In this document: positions 18,883-28,767 of the stretch, piece after piece | How the letters are laid out: each line of letters starts with the position of its first letter | Numbering within the stretch: the first letter of the stretch is position 1 | DNA from: Candidatus Omnitrophota bacterium | GTDB taxonomy: Bacteria > Omnitrophota > Omnitrophia > Omnitrophales > Aquincolibacteriaceae | NCBI GenBank assembly: GCA_035368605.1 | Contig: DAOSLF010000002.1 | Location: forward strand, 12,023-76,022 | DNA length: 64,000 nt | Direction: 5' to 3' | Position numbers and translations under genes: made by a program | Notes under the pieces: generated by a model | What the model saw: only the letters and a program-made list of their open reading frames with translations | Database searches by the model: none | Told to the model about the DNA's origin: nothing

Positions 18883-19865
18883 TTGATCCCGGGAACGGCT
18901 TTCTTGATGCGGTCGATCACGCAGATGGACATCGGATCGACGCGATTGAGTTTCGCAAGCTCACAGCCCGCCCAGTCGCCAAGCATCACCATCGAGAAGA
19001 TACGCGAGAGGCATTTTTCCCCTTTCGAACGGAACTCCATGACCTCGGCGCCGTTCTCCCGGATCGCGCGCATCGCAACGCGTTTTTTCTTCACGAGCCA
19101 GTCGGGTTCGTTCCGGTCGGTCAGGAAGATCGCGACCGAGCGCCGGACCTTGAAAGCGGGGTAAAGCCAGCCTTCCACCTCGTGGTGGAACATCTCCGGC
19201 AGGGCTTCACAGGAGGCAAGCGTCTTGGCATTTTCGGCAAACTGTGTCCGCCAGCGCATCGCCACGGGCTGAAGGAGACCGCCTCCGTAAATCGCGATGT
19301 TCTTCTGAAAAAGCCTCTTCGCGAGTCCCCTCGCCTCCGCAGACGGGGCCCGGCGAACGGTCCGAAGGACCTCATCGATCTCTTTCCTGGAAACGGAGAA
19401 CCATCGATAGCGCATGAAAAGGAACAGCAGCGAGAAGGTCGTGTAGCCGATCGCAAAACGGGGCGGATACCCCTGGGGCAGTCTGAAGAACGGGATTTTC
19501 CGGGCGGTCGCCTCCTCCGCAAGCCGTCCTCCCGACGCAACGACCAGGAAATGCGCCTTGCGCGCGATCGCCTGGTTCAGGATCGACTCGACCTCCTGGG
19601 TATTCCCGGAATAGCTTGAAAGGATCACGACGGTTTCGGAATCGACCCATTGGGGAAGGCGCGACGTGCGGTTCACGGTCCAGTGGATACGGGATCGGCT
19701 CTGGGCGATCGTCCCGAGAATATCGCCGCTGATAGCGGAACCACCCATGCCGCAAAAAAGCACTTTCGCCGGACGTTTCACGAACGAGGACGGCAGCTTG
19801 ACCGCGGCCGCGATCCTGCGGGCCTTCTCGATCTGGTTGGCAAAATCCCTGAGATAGATCTCCAT
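18879..19865 (-). CDS. Bifunctional phosphoglucose/phosphomannose isomerase (SIS-domain PGI/PMI family)
   Basis: 328 aa with SIS-domain features (VLFCGMGGSAISGDILG, VVILSSYSGNTQEV). Overlaps the upstream gene by 4 nt. Confidence 0.75.
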   Translation of the reverse strand: MEIYLRDFANQIEKARRIAAAVKLPSSFVKRPAKVLFCGMGGSAISGDILGTIAQSRSRIHWTVNRTSRLPQWVDSETVVILSSYSGNTQEVESILNQAIARKAHFLVVASGGRLAEEATARKIPFFRLPQGYPPRFAIGYTTFSLLFLFMRYRWFSVSRKEIDEVLRTVRRAPSAEARGLAKRLFQKNIAIYGGGLLQPVAMRWRTQFAENAKTLASCEALPEMFHHEVEGWLYPAFKVRRSVAIFLTDRNEPDWLVKKKRVAMRAIRENGAEVMEFRSKGEKCLSRIFSMVMLGDWAGCELAKLNRVDPMSICVIDRIKKAVPGIK

Positions 19866-19868
19866 TGC

Positions 19869-21617
19869 TTATTCCTCCGCGAGTTCCTTGCAAATATTCC
19901 TGAGACGATCCCCGAGGAACTGCTCGATCTCCTTGCCGGTCTGGAACCCGAGCGCTTTGCGGGCGATTTCCTGCGCGTCCGAGTAGCGGATCGAGCGGAT
20001 CGCCTTCTTGATCTTCGGAAGCACAACGGGGCTCACGCTGATCTCGTCGATGCCGAGACCGAGGAGAAGGATCGCGATCTTCGGATCTGCGGACATCTCC
20101 CCGCAACTGCCCACCCGGATCTTCTGCGCGTGACCGTTACGGATGGTCATATCGATCAACCGGAGGATCGCCGGATGCGTCGGTTCATACAGATAGGCGA
20201 CTTTTTCGTTCATGCGGTCGATCGCGAGCACATACTGGATCAGATCGTTCGTCCCGATGGAGAAGAAGCTGACCTCCTTCGCGAGGATATCGCTTGCGAG
20301 CGCCGCGGACGGGATTTCAATCATCGCACCGATCTCGATCTGCTTATTGTACGGGACGCCTTCCTTGTCCAGCTCTGCCATTGCCTCGTTCAGAATCTCC
20401 CGCGAGGCGCGAATCTCGTAAACATTCGATATCATCGGGTACATGATCCTGATGTTCCCGTGAACGCTGGCGCGGAGGACCGCCCGGAGCTGGGTCTTGA
20501 AAATATCCTTCTGGGTCAGACAAAAACGGATTGCGCGCCACCCGAGGTAGGGATTCATCTCGTGCGGAATATCGAGCGTCGAAGCGAATTTGTCACCGCC
20601 GAGGTCAAGCGTACGGATAATCACGGGGTTCGGCCCCGTCGCCTCAGCGACCCTGGCGTAAGCCTGATACTGTTCCTCTTCGGTCGGGAGCGAACTCCGG
20701 TTCATATAGAGGTACTCTGTACGGTAGAGGCCGACGCCTTCGGCGCCGCGGGAGATCACCGAGGCAACCTCGTGATGGAATTCGATGTTCGCGGCAAGTG
20801 TGACGCGCTTGCCGTCGAGCGTCTCGGCGGGAAGTTCGCGGAGCTTGTCAAGCTCGCCGGTCATTTCAATGAACCGGGTCTCGGCGGAGGAGAACCGGTC
20901 GATCGTGGCCTGGTCGGGATCGACGATCACGATACCGTGCGTCCCGTCCACGATGGCCATCGTGCCGTTATCCACTTCGTTCGTGATCTGCTCCGCACCG
21001 ACGATAGCGGGGATTTCGATCGAGCGGCCGAGGATGGCCGTGTGGGAGGTCGGCCCTCCGATCTCCGTGACAAACCCGAGCACCTTGGACTTGTCGAGCG
21101 TCGCAGTATCCGACGGAGAGAGGTCGTGAGAAACGATGACGACCTTATCCTTGAACTCCTCCAGACGTCGCTTCTCTTCCCCGCACAGATTTCCGAGGAG
21201 GCGGCGGCCCACGTCCCGGATATCCGAGATGCGTTCCTTGAGATATTCGTCGTTGATCTGTGAAAAGGCCTGGAAATACCGCTGGATCACGGCCGCGAAG
21301 GCGAACTCGGCGACGACCTTCTCGTTCTTGATGACTTCGATCACATCCTCAATCAGCGTCCGGTCTTCCAGGATCAGCAGATGGGCTGTAAAAATGTCCG
21401 AACTTTCGCGGCCGATCTGGTCGGTAAGCTTGCGCCGGATTCCGAGAATCTCCGTGCGCGTACGCGCGAGCGCATCCTCAAACCGGGCGATCTCGTTCGG
21501 GATCAGATCCTGGGTAATCTCCCGTTTCGGATGATTGAAGGATTCGCCGCTGTGGAGCACGAACACTTTTCCGATCGCGATCCCGGGCGAAACACCGATT
21601 CCCTTGAGTTCTTTCAT
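19869..21617 (-). CDS. ptsI: Phosphoenolpyruvate-protein phosphotransferase (PTS enzyme I)
   Basis: Start set at the internal ATG (MKELKGIGVSPGIAIGKVFVLH), 5 nt after the ptsH stop. The longer 619-aa frame would overlap ptsH by 107 nt. Confidence 0.9.
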   Translation of the reverse strand: MKELKGIGVSPGIAIGKVFVLHSGESFNHPKREITQDLIPNEIARFEDALARTRTEILGIRRKLTDQIGRESSDIFTAHLLILEDRTLIEDVIEVIKNEKVVAEFAFAAVIQRYFQAFSQINDEYLKERISDIRDVGRRLLGNLCGEEKRRLEEFKDKVVIVSHDLSPSDTATLDKSKVLGFVTEIGGPTSHTAILGRSIEIPAIVGAEQITNEVDNGTMAIVDGTHGIVIVDPDQATIDRFSSAETRFIEMTGELDKLRELPAETLDGKRVTLAANIEFHHEVASVISRGAEGVGLYRTEYLYMNRSSLPTEEEQYQAYARVAEATGPNPVIIRTLDLGGDKFASTLDIPHEMNPYLGWRAIRFCLTQKDIFKTQLRAVLRASVHGNIRIMYPMISNVYEIRASREILNEAMAELDKEGVPYNKQIEIGAMIEIPSAALASDILAKEVSFFSIGTNDLIQYVLAIDRMNEKVAYLYEPTHPAILRLIDMTIRNGHAQKIRVGSCGEMSADPKIAILLLGLGIDEISVSPVVLPKIKKAIRSIRYSDAQEIARKALGFQTGKEIEQFLGDRLRNICKELAEE

Positions 21618-21621
21618 GTTT

Positions 21622-21912
21622 TCATTCTCCGAAATTGGATTCGACAAGCCTTGCGAGCGCGCCGAGGGCCTCGTCGGCGTCCTTGCCTGTCGCCGTGACC
21701 CTGATGGCCGATCCCATTTCCGCGGCAAGTGTCATGATCCCCATGATCGATTTGCCGTCCACCGACATATCCTCTTTCCGGATCTCGATCGATGATTCGA
21801 AACGGTTCGCCGTCTGGACAAAAAGCGCCGCCGGCCTCGCGTGGAGACCGAGCTTGTTCGTGATCACAAGGTCCCGCTCAGCCTTCCTGGTCTCCCGCTT
21901 TTTCGTCGGCAT
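21622..21912 (-). CDS. ptsH: Phosphocarrier protein HPr
   Basis: 96 aa with the active-site region NKLGLHARPAALFV and GKSIMGIMTLAA. The N-terminus is 8 aa longer than typical, so the true start may be an alternative codon. Confidence 0.8.
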   Translation of the reverse strand: MPTKKRETRKAERDLVITNKLGLHARPAALFVQTANRFESSIEIRKEDMSVDGKSIMGIMTLAAEMGSAIRVTATGKDADEALGALARLVESNFGE

Positions 21913-21921
21913 CTTGTCACT

Positions 21922-23181
21922 CTAGCTCACTAACTGTTTTTCGCGCCGGGCATAATGCTCCATGATCGACTTCATGATCCGTTCCGCGTCATGGCGAACC
22001 TGTCCGTCGACCTTCAGGACATCATCGGTCACCACCTCATACCCCTTATCACGGATCGTATCGAGATCCAGTTTCACCGGCAACGCTCCCGCCTCACGAT
22101 AACGGTTGAAGACCGGCTCCGGGATCCGGCCTGTATTGACGAAGACCGCGTCCACGATCCGGGGATCCGTATGTTCGATGATGACATTCAGGTGGTCCCA
22201 CGCGCTGAAACCCGCCGTTTCGCCCGGTTGCGTCATGGCGTTGCAGATATAGACCTTGTAGGCATCCGAATTCAGGATCGCATTCCGGATCTCTTCGATC
22301 AGGAGATTCGGCAGGATGCTGGTGTAAAGACTTCCGGGGCCCATGATGATGAGGTCCGCGGTCGAAAGCGCGTCAAGGGCTTCCGGGCACGCGGCGCAAT
22401 TGTCCGGACGCAAATGAATGCTCCGGAGCGGCTTGCGTTCGTCCGTGATATTGGTCTCACCCTCCCTGGACGTACCATCCATAAATTCACCCACAAGCGT
22501 CACTTTTTCGAGCGTGGAGGGAAGCACCCGCCCCCGGATCGCGAGGACTTTGCTTGACTCGGCGATCGCTTTTTCGAAATCCCCCGTGACCATGGAAAGG
22601 GCCGTGATGAAAAGATTGCCGAAACTGTGCCCTTTCAGACCTTCTCCCGTTTTGAAACGAAACTGGAAAAGATTGCGGATCAGCGGCCCCGCGTCCGCGA
22701 GCGCCACCAGGCAGTTGCGGATATCGCCCGGGGGCAGAACGTCCATCTCATCGCGCAGGCGCCCCGAACTCCCGCCGGTATCAGTGACGGTCACGATCGC
22801 AGTGATGTTGCTTGTGAACTGTTTGATACCGGAAAGCATCGTGCTCAGGCCCGTTCCGCCGCCGATCGCCACGACCCGCGGCCCGCGCAGCAGCGACTCG
22901 GACTGCCGGCTCTGATAAACGATATCCACGAGAGGTCCGTTCTGGTGGAGCGGCATAAGGGCGCGCACAAAAATACGGACCATGTGCTTGATCGACGTAT
23001 AGATCAGGAAGATTCCGAAAATAAGGATCGCCGTCGCGAAAGCGGCAAGCATGACGCTGGACTTCGCGATGGTCTTCACCGTGAGGAGTGCGACCACCAC
23101 AAGCAGCGTCAGGCCGATCACGCAGAGCATGATCCAGCGTTTGATGCCGATGCCGGGATAGAACCACTTGAAGAACTGCAT
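21922..23181 (-). CDS. yvcK: YvcK/CofD-like gluconeogenesis factor (UPF0052) with an N-terminal two-TM membrane anchor
   Basis: VVAIGGGTGLSTMLSGIKQFTSNITAIVTVTDTGGSSGRLR, preceded by ~90 aa of hydrophobic helices. Confidence 0.85.
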   Translation of the reverse strand: MQFFKWFYPGIGIKRWIMLCVIGLTLLVVVALLTVKTIAKSSVMLAAFATAILIFGIFLIYTSIKHMVRIFVRALMPLHQNGPLVDIVYQSRQSESLLRGPRVVAIGGGTGLSTMLSGIKQFTSNITAIVTVTDTGGSSGRLRDEMDVLPPGDIRNCLVALADAGPLIRNLFQFRFKTGEGLKGHSFGNLFITALSMVTGDFEKAIAESSKVLAIRGRVLPSTLEKVTLVGEFMDGTSREGETNITDERKPLRSIHLRPDNCAACPEALDALSTADLIIMGPGSLYTSILPNLLIEEIRNAILNSDAYKVYICNAMTQPGETAGFSAWDHLNVIIEHTDPRIVDAVFVNTGRIPEPVFNRYREAGALPVKLDLDTIRDKGYEVVTDDVLKVDGQVRHDAERIMKSIMEHYARREKQLVS

Positions 23182-23204
23182 TCGCGATGCGCCTTTCCCG
23201 GGCC

Positions 23205-23669
23205 TTAAACCTTGCGGCTCTCTTCCTTGGCGATCAGGTCAAAAACCTCCTTCGGGGTCTTGCAGCGGCGCAGGAGCTCGCAGAAATAGGAGTCGCGGAG
23301 CAGCCGGGAGATCTGCGCGAGGGCCTTGAGGTGCGGGCCCGCGGTATCCTTCGGGGCTACAAGGAGAAACAGGATGTAAACCGGCTCCCCGTCGAGCGCC
23401 TCAAAATTCACGCCCTTTTTGCTGACACCGAGCACCGCGAAAAGTCCGTCGACCTTGTCGGTCTTTCCATGCGGGATGGCGATGCCCTGCCCGATCCCCG
23501 TAGACCCGAGATTCTCGCGCTCGATCAGCGCCTTCAGAATGGCCTTTTTATCGCCGACACTCTTGACCTCGGCAAGAAGGTCGACCATTTCCTGCAGGAC
23601 GCCCTCCTTGTCCGTGGCTTCAAGGTCCAGCTTGATGCCTTTGACGCTAAGAAAATCCGTTGTTTTCAT
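23205..23669 (-). CDS. ptsN: PTS IIA-like nitrogen regulatory protein (EIIA-Ntr)
   Basis: 154 aa. GIGQGIAIPHGKTD, a fructose-type IIA domain with the active-site His. Confidence 0.85.
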   Translation of the reverse strand: MKTTDFLSVKGIKLDLEATDKEGVLQEMVDLLAEVKSVGDKKAILKALIERENLGSTGIGQGIAIPHGKTDKVDGLFAVLGVSKKGVNFEALDGEPVYILFLLVAPKDTAGPHLKALAQISRLLRDSYFCELLRRCKTPKEVFDLIAKEESRKV

Positions 23670-23700
23670 ACTGACTCCCTCCTCACGTGAGAGTGGTGGA

Positions 23701-24255
23701 TTAGAATTGCGGTTCGATAAGCCCGTGATCCCCGTCCTTTCGCTGATAAAGGACGTTCACGCGGTTCGTGCTGGAATTCAGGAACACCAGAAAAGACTCT
23801 TTGGAGATTTCGAGCTGAAGGCTCGCTTCCTCGGGAGACATCGGTTTCACGGCAAAATCCGACGTCCCGACAATCTTCGGCCGCCGGCTGCCGAGCGCGG
23901 CCTCCGCCTTGACCAACTCTTCCCCGCGGGACGCGGCGCGCAGCGTGCTCTTGCCGCCCTTCTGGTAATGGTCTTTTTTCCGGGCGCAGTGTTTCTTGAG
24001 CTGTTTAAGGACGCGGTCATAAGCGTTATCCATCGACGCGAAGATGTTCTCCTTGGAACGGCCCGCGCCGAACGCGTGAAGCCCCTTCGCGAGAACCGTG
24101 ATCTCGGCCACAAAAAAGTATTTCTCTTTTTTGAGGCACACATGCGCTTCCACGATGCGGGGGACGTATTTCTCGAACTTGGGGAGCTTTCCTTCGATGT
24201 GCTCCTTCATGCCCGTCGTGATCTTGAGATTCTGGCCCGTAAAACGGATATCCAT
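23701..24255 (-). CDS. hpf: Ribosome hibernation promoting factor (long form)
   Basis: MDIRFTGQNLKITTGMKEHIEGKLPKFEKY..., with an SD GGAGG 6 nt upstream of the ATG at 24253-24255. The 210-aa track ORF carries a spurious N-terminal extension. Confidence 0.9.
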   Translation of the reverse strand: MDIRFTGQNLKITTGMKEHIEGKLPKFEKYVPRIVEAHVCLKKEKYFFVAEITVLAKGLHAFGAGRSKENIFASMDNAYDRVLKQLKKHCARKKDHYQKGGKSTLRAASRGEELVKAEAALGSRRPKIVGTSDFAVKPMSPEEASLQLEISKESFLVFLNSSTNRVNVLYQRKDGDHGLIEPQF

Positions 24256-24295
24256 CGATTGCCTCCTTGAATGGTAAAAAGGAACAGTAAAAAAG

Positions 24296-25021
24296 TTACG
24301 CGAGCGAAAACCTTTCGCCGAGGTAGAGTTCACGGGCTTTCGCGTCGTTCGCGAGAAACTCCGAGGTCCCTGACACCTCGACCTTGCCCTCGTAAAGCAG
24401 GTAGGAACGGTCCGTGATCGAGAGGGTTTCCCGCACGCTGTGGTCGGTCAACAGAATGCTGAGTCCCTGCGCCTTGAGCTTCTGGAGGATCTTCTGAACT
24501 TCGAATACGGCGATCGGATCGACACCGCTGAATGGTTCGTCGAGAAGGATGAGCGAGGGGTTCGTTACGAGGGCCCGCGTGATTTCGAGACGGCGCCGCT
24601 CGCCGCCCGAAAGGGTGTAGGCCTTGTTCTTCGCGAGATAAGCGATATCGAGGTCGTTCAGAAGGCGTTTCAGCCGGCGGTCCCTCTCGTCCTGCGAGAT
24701 CTCAAGCGTTTCGAGGATCGCCATGATATTCTCTTCCACCGTGAGCTTGCGGAAGATCGATGGCTCCTGCGAGAGATAGCCGATCCCGAGCCTCGCGCGT
24801 TCAAACATCGGGAGCCTCGTGATGTCCTCTCCGCGAAAGTAGATGCTCCCGGCCTCGGGACGGATCACCCCAACCACCATGTAAAAGGTTGTGGTCTTCC
24901 CGGCGCCGTTCGGCCCGAGCAGGCCGACGATCTCGCCGCGGGAGATATGGATGTCAACGCCCTTGACGACCGTGCGCCCTTTGTAACTTTTGACCAACTG
25001 CTTTGTTTCAAGGAGATTCAT
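24296..25021 (-). CDS. lptB: LPS export ABC transporter ATP-binding protein LptB
   Basis: 241 aa with Walker A GPNGAGKTTTFYM and an LSGGE signature. Sits in the lptC/A-lptB-hpf-ptsN context. Confidence 0.9.
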   Translation of the reverse strand: MNLLETKQLVKSYKGRTVVKGVDIHISRGEIVGLLGPNGAGKTTTFYMVVGVIRPEAGSIYFRGEDITRLPMFERARLGIGYLSQEPSIFRKLTVEENIMAILETLEISQDERDRRLKRLLNDLDIAYLAKNKAYTLSGGERRRLEITRALVTNPSLILLDEPFSGVDPIAVFEVQKILQKLKAQGLSILLTDHSVRETLSITDRSYLLYEGKVEVSGTSEFLANDAKARELYLGERFSLA

Positions 25022-25023
25022 GG

Positions 25024-25908
25024 TTAAAAGATCCCTTTCCCGAGGCTTTCCGCCTCCTCGCCGCCGTAGTAGAGAGCCTCGGTGTCGCCGCCAAGAATGA
25101 TGCGGCCTTCCTCAGCCAGGTAGATGACACTGTCGGAGAACGTCTGATTACCGTCGGGATTCTCGATCACGACATCCCCCGCCGCAACAATCTTGGAAAC
25201 ACGCCGGCTGACGCGGTTGTAATAAACGTCCATCGTATTGGCCGAAAGCTTGCCGCGGTTGTCACGGGCGATAACATTATCCTTAAAATGCGCGATGTTC
25301 TTGTCATAATCCACCACCAGCGGACCGTCGCAGGTGATCGTGGTGGGGCCGGCTTCCTTGTCATCGGGGTTCTGGACGACCACGGTAACGTTCTTCTTGA
25401 ATCTCACTTTTTTGAGCCGCGTGTCGGCCTTCGCGCCAAGGCCTTCGACGTTGATATTGTCCTTTTTGACCTGGGTGTTGACCTCATTCTCGATAACATG
25501 CTCACCCGGGTGCATATCGAGTTCCTCGGTCATGAGACGGGTTCCATCCTCCGTCGTGGCCACGACATTCTGCTCAATGTGAATCTTGTTCTTCGTCTTG
25601 TCGTAGTTTCCCTTGTCGGCCGTAACGGTCACAGGGACCTCTTCGGCGTAGGCCTTGGCCATCACGTTCATGAGCTGGACCGTGTCAGCCAGAATGTCGG
25701 CCGAATCCCCTTCGATCTCGATCTCTTTCCGTCCTTCAGGAGTGTATTTTGCGAACTGGAATGAAAAGACCTTGTGAACGGTGTCATCCTTCTTTGTCCC
25801 GGCCGTCTGCCTGGACCGGGCCTGACGGGTGATGACGACCTGGACCTGAACGAACGCAACATAAAATGCCACAAGCGCAATAAAGCCGATTATCAGTTTT
25901 CTGATCAT
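25024..25908 (-). CDS. Membrane-anchored OstA-like LPS transport protein (LptC/LptA family, possibly an LptC-LptA fusion)
   Basis: N-terminal TM (MIRKLIIGFIALVAFYVAFV) followed by OstA-like beta-jellyroll repeats. Start chosen at the internal ATG abutting the upstream stop. Confidence 0.6.
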   Translation of the reverse strand: MIRKLIIGFIALVAFYVAFVQVQVVITRQARSRQTAGTKKDDTVHKVFSFQFAKYTPEGRKEIEIEGDSADILADTVQLMNVMAKAYAEEVPVTVTADKGNYDKTKNKIHIEQNVVATTEDGTRLMTEELDMHPGEHVIENEVNTQVKKDNINVEGLGAKADTRLKKVRFKKNVTVVVQNPDDKEAGPTTITCDGPLVVDYDKNIAHFKDNVIARDNRGKLSANTMDVYYNRVSRRVSKIVAAGDVVIENPDGNQTFSDSVIYLAEEGRIILGGDTEALYYGGEEAESLGKGIF

Positions 25909-26840
25909 TTCCGTACTGCCTCTCTTTTCCTTGATTCGATCATTTCCGGAGTCGTTCTCCACCGGTTATGCATCCAGCCCCATTGCTCGGGGTGCTCGCG
26001 GACCATCTTCTCAAAGCTCTTCATCCATACCGCCGTATACCGTTTCACGGAGGCGTCACGGTCGGCGCCCGCCACGGGACGGATCACTTCGCCGAGGATC
26101 AACTTGTAACGGTCACCCGGCTGTCGCACCATAAAGGCCGGAAGGATCGGAGCGCCGCTCGCCATCGCGAATTTCACCGGCGCCACCAGGGTATACGCGG
26201 GCTTTCCGAAGAAATCAACGAACACCCCGCGGACCCGGTCGATATCCTGGTCCGGCAGAAGCCCGACAATCTCTCCCCGCTTCAGATGATAATGAACCTG
26301 CCGGACCGCTTCGGTCTGGTAGATCGTTTCGACGCCCACCGATCGCCGGAGCCCGACGATCCAGTCATTGTAAGGCGCGTAATAGATACGACGACCGACC
26401 ACCGCCCCCCGGAACCCCTGGAGACCGAAGACCCCGGCCAATAATTCCCAATTTCCGAAGTGGGGTGTCATTATAATGAGCCCCTTTCCTTCTTGCAAAA
26501 TATCTTTGCACCGGTCGTAAGCGTCACCGGCATCGATAAACCGGGAGGCCTTTTCCCTCGTCAGCTTGGCAAACCGCAGGAAATCCACAAAGGTCTCAAG
26601 CAGGTTCCCCATAACGCGAGCCGCAATCCGCCGGATCTCCTCCGGGGACTTTTCATCCCCGTAGGCAAACCCGAGATTTTGGATCATTCTCTTCCGCTGA
26701 CGGGGGATCATGACATATCCCAGCCACCCCGCCGCTCTCGCGAACGCAAGGGCCCAGCTTCGCGGCACAAGAAGAGGCAACGCCGCCGCAGCCCTTGCCA
26801 ACAAATACAACGGATAACGGTATGGTTTATATCTGGCCAT
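25905..26840 (-). CDS. Lipid A biosynthesis late acyltransferase (LpxL/HtrB family)
   Basis: 311 aa with an HFGNWE-type motif (IMTPHFGNWELLAGVFG). Confidence 0.8.
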   Translation of the reverse strand: MARYKPYRYPLYLLARAAAALPLLVPRSWALAFARAAGWLGYVMIPRQRKRMIQNLGFAYGDEKSPEEIRRIAARVMGNLLETFVDFLRFAKLTREKASRFIDAGDAYDRCKDILQEGKGLIIMTPHFGNWELLAGVFGLQGFRGAVVGRRIYYAPYNDWIVGLRRSVGVETIYQTEAVRQVHYHLKRGEIVGLLPDQDIDRVRGVFVDFFGKPAYTLVAPVKFAMASGAPILPAFMVRQPGDRYKLILGEVIRPVAGADRDASVKRYTAVWMKSFEKMVREHPEQWGWMHNRWRTTPEMIESRKREAVRK

Positions 26841-26971
26841 TCAGATCCAAAGTTTTTTGTCCGGCGTTCGAAACAAATCCAAAACCCGAACACTCAATTT
26901 TCCCGAACAATCCCTCGGGAACTTTCCTCGCCTTCCTTGTGCTGTTATTCCGGGTTCCGCGCTTGATCTTG

Positions 26972-27937
26972 CTAGACGATCCCCGCCCTCATGAGATCCT
27001 GAACATCCAAAAGCCCGACCACGCGGGACTTTTCATCCACCACCGGAATCTCGTCGATCCTGAGGGACTCAAGAATATGGAAGGCCTCTTCCGCAAGCTT
27101 GTCCCTGGCGATGACGCGCGGTTTCGGGGTCGCCACGGTTTCGATCGGGAGACTGAGAAGCGCCTCCCCCTTTTCGCGCAAATGCCGCCGGAGGTCGCCG
27201 TCCGTAAAAATCCCGACAACCTTCCCCTTCGGGTCCACGACCGTACAGCTTCCCGCGCGCGCGGCGGTGATCCTGAGCAGGGCCTCGCGCACCGAGGTCC
27301 CCTTGCGGACCAGCGGATTCGCTTTTCCTTTCCGCATGATGTCCCCGACCCTGAGGAGCCTTTTCCCGAGACTCCCGCCGGGGTGCAATGCCGCGAAATC
27401 CTCCGGGCGGAACTTTTTGATCTTGAGAAGCGTGAGCGCCAGCGCATCCCCCATCGCGAGCGCCGCCGTCGTCGACGCCGAAGGCGCGAGATTGAGAGGA
27501 CAAGCCTCTTTCGTAACGCCGAGATCGAGCACGACCTCCGCGTGCCTGGCCAGCGTGGATTTCGGCATGCTCGTCATCGCAATGAGCGGCACGCCTTTTT
27601 TCTTGAGGATCGGCAGGAGCCTCACGATCTCCGCGGTCTCTCCGCTCTGGGAGATCGCGATGATGAGGTCCTGGGACGTGACCATACCGAGATCGCCGTG
27701 AACGGCTTCCGCGGGATGAAGGTAAAGGCTCGGTGTGCCGGTCGAAGCGAGCGTGGCGGAAAGTTTCCGCGCGATGAGCCCCGGTTTTCCCATCCCGGTC
27801 ATAATGACGCGGTTCTTGCAATTCGCCATCATGCGGACCGCTTTCTCGAAATTCTTCCCGATCTTTGGCCGGAGCCGCAAAAGCGCCTTCGTCTCGATAT
27901 CGAGAATCTCCCGGCCGATTTTCCGGATATTTTTCAT
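26972..27937 (-). CDS. kdsD: Arabinose-5-phosphate isomerase KdsD/KpsF (SIS plus tandem CBS domains)
   Basis: Start at the internal ATG ([15 protein letters not shown]), which overlaps the kdsA stop (TGATG). Contains an SIS domain and two CBS domains. Confidence 0.9.
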   Translation of the reverse strand: MKNIRKIGREILDIETKALLRLRPKIGKNFEKAVRMMANCKNRVIMTGMGKPGLIARKLSATLASTGTPSLYLHPAEAVHGDLGMVTSQDLIIAISQSGETAEIVRLLPILKKKGVPLIAMTSMPKSTLARHAEVVLDLGVTKEACPLNLAPSASTTAALAMGDALALTLLKIKKFRPEDFAALHPGGSLGKRLLRVGDIMRKGKANPLVRKGTSVREALLRITAARAGSCTVVDPKGKVVGIFTDGDLRRHLREKGEALLSLPIETVATPKPRVIARDKLAEEAFHILESLRIDEIPVVDEKSRVVGLLDVQDLMRAGIV

Positions 27938-28767
27938 CACACCATCCCTCCCGCCGTAACGGTTCTTTTGAGAGCGATCAGATCCGTGAGAAGCCGCTTC
28001 AGATTCTTGAGCGCGATCGTGTTCGCTCCGTCCGAAAGCGCCCGCGACGGGTCCCGGTGGATTTCCATGAACACGGCGTCCGCACCCGCAACGACCGCGC
28101 AACGCGCGAGCGTCGGGATGAACTGGGGCGCACCGCCCGACGAGGCCCCCTGACCGCCGGGAATCTGCACCGAGTGCGTCGCGTCAAAAATGACCGGATA
28201 TCCGAACCCGCGCATCACCGGAATCGCCCGGAAATCACTGACAAGATTGTTGTACCCGAAGCTCGATCCGCGGTCAGTGAGGAGAATCTTCCTCGTCCCG
28301 CACTCCTCGAGCTTTTGGACGATATTCTTCGTATCCCACGGCGAGAGGAACTGCCCTTTTTTCACGTTCACAACGCGTCCGGTCCGGGCGGCTGCGACCA
28401 GAAGATCGGTCTGCCGGCAAAGGAACGCCGGAATCTGGAGGATGTCCGCTATCTCCGCCACGGGTTCCGCCTGATCGGGAGTATGGATGTCAGTCAATAC
28501 GGAAAGCCCGAACTCTTTTTTGATCTTCGCGAGCGTCCTGAGTCCCTTTTGAATGCCGGGACCGCGGAAGGACCGGATCGACGAGCGGTTCGCCTTGTCG
28601 AAACTCGCCTTGAAAACATACGGCATTCTGAGCCCCGCGGCAAGTTTCCGGATCGCGGCGGCGAGCTTCATCGTTCCGGGCTCGTCTTCGATCACGCAAG
28701 GCCCTCCGATCAGGACCAGTTTTTTCGGATCTCCAAAAACGATCTTGCCGGCAGTGACTTTATTCAT
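27937..28767 (-). CDS. kdsA: 3-deoxy-8-phosphooctulonate synthase (KDO-8-P synthase)
   Basis: [29 protein letters not shown]..., typical of KdsA. Start at the internal ATG (28765-28767), 2 nt after the pyrG stop. Confidence 0.9.
   Translation of the reverse strand: MNKVTAGKIVFGDPKKLVLIGGPCVIEDEPGTMKLAAAIRKLAAGLRMPYVFKASFDKANRSSIRSFRGPGIQKGLRTLAKIKKEFGLSVLTDIHTPDQAEPVAEIADILQIPAFLCRQTDLLVAAARTGRVVNVKKGQFLSPWDTKNIVQKLEECGTRKILLTDRGSSFGYNNLVSDFRAIPVMRGFGYPVIFDATHSVQIPGGQGASSGGAPQFIPTLARCAVVAGADAVFMEIHRDPSRALSDGANTIALKNLKRLLTDLIALKRTVTAGGMV

Noticed and set aside
19650-21263. 537-aa + strand ORF and the 244-aa - strand ORF 19372..20106
   Set aside because: Shadow frames over ptsI and the PGI/PMI gene. 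Their composition is dominated by Arg/Asp/Gly and they have no motifs.
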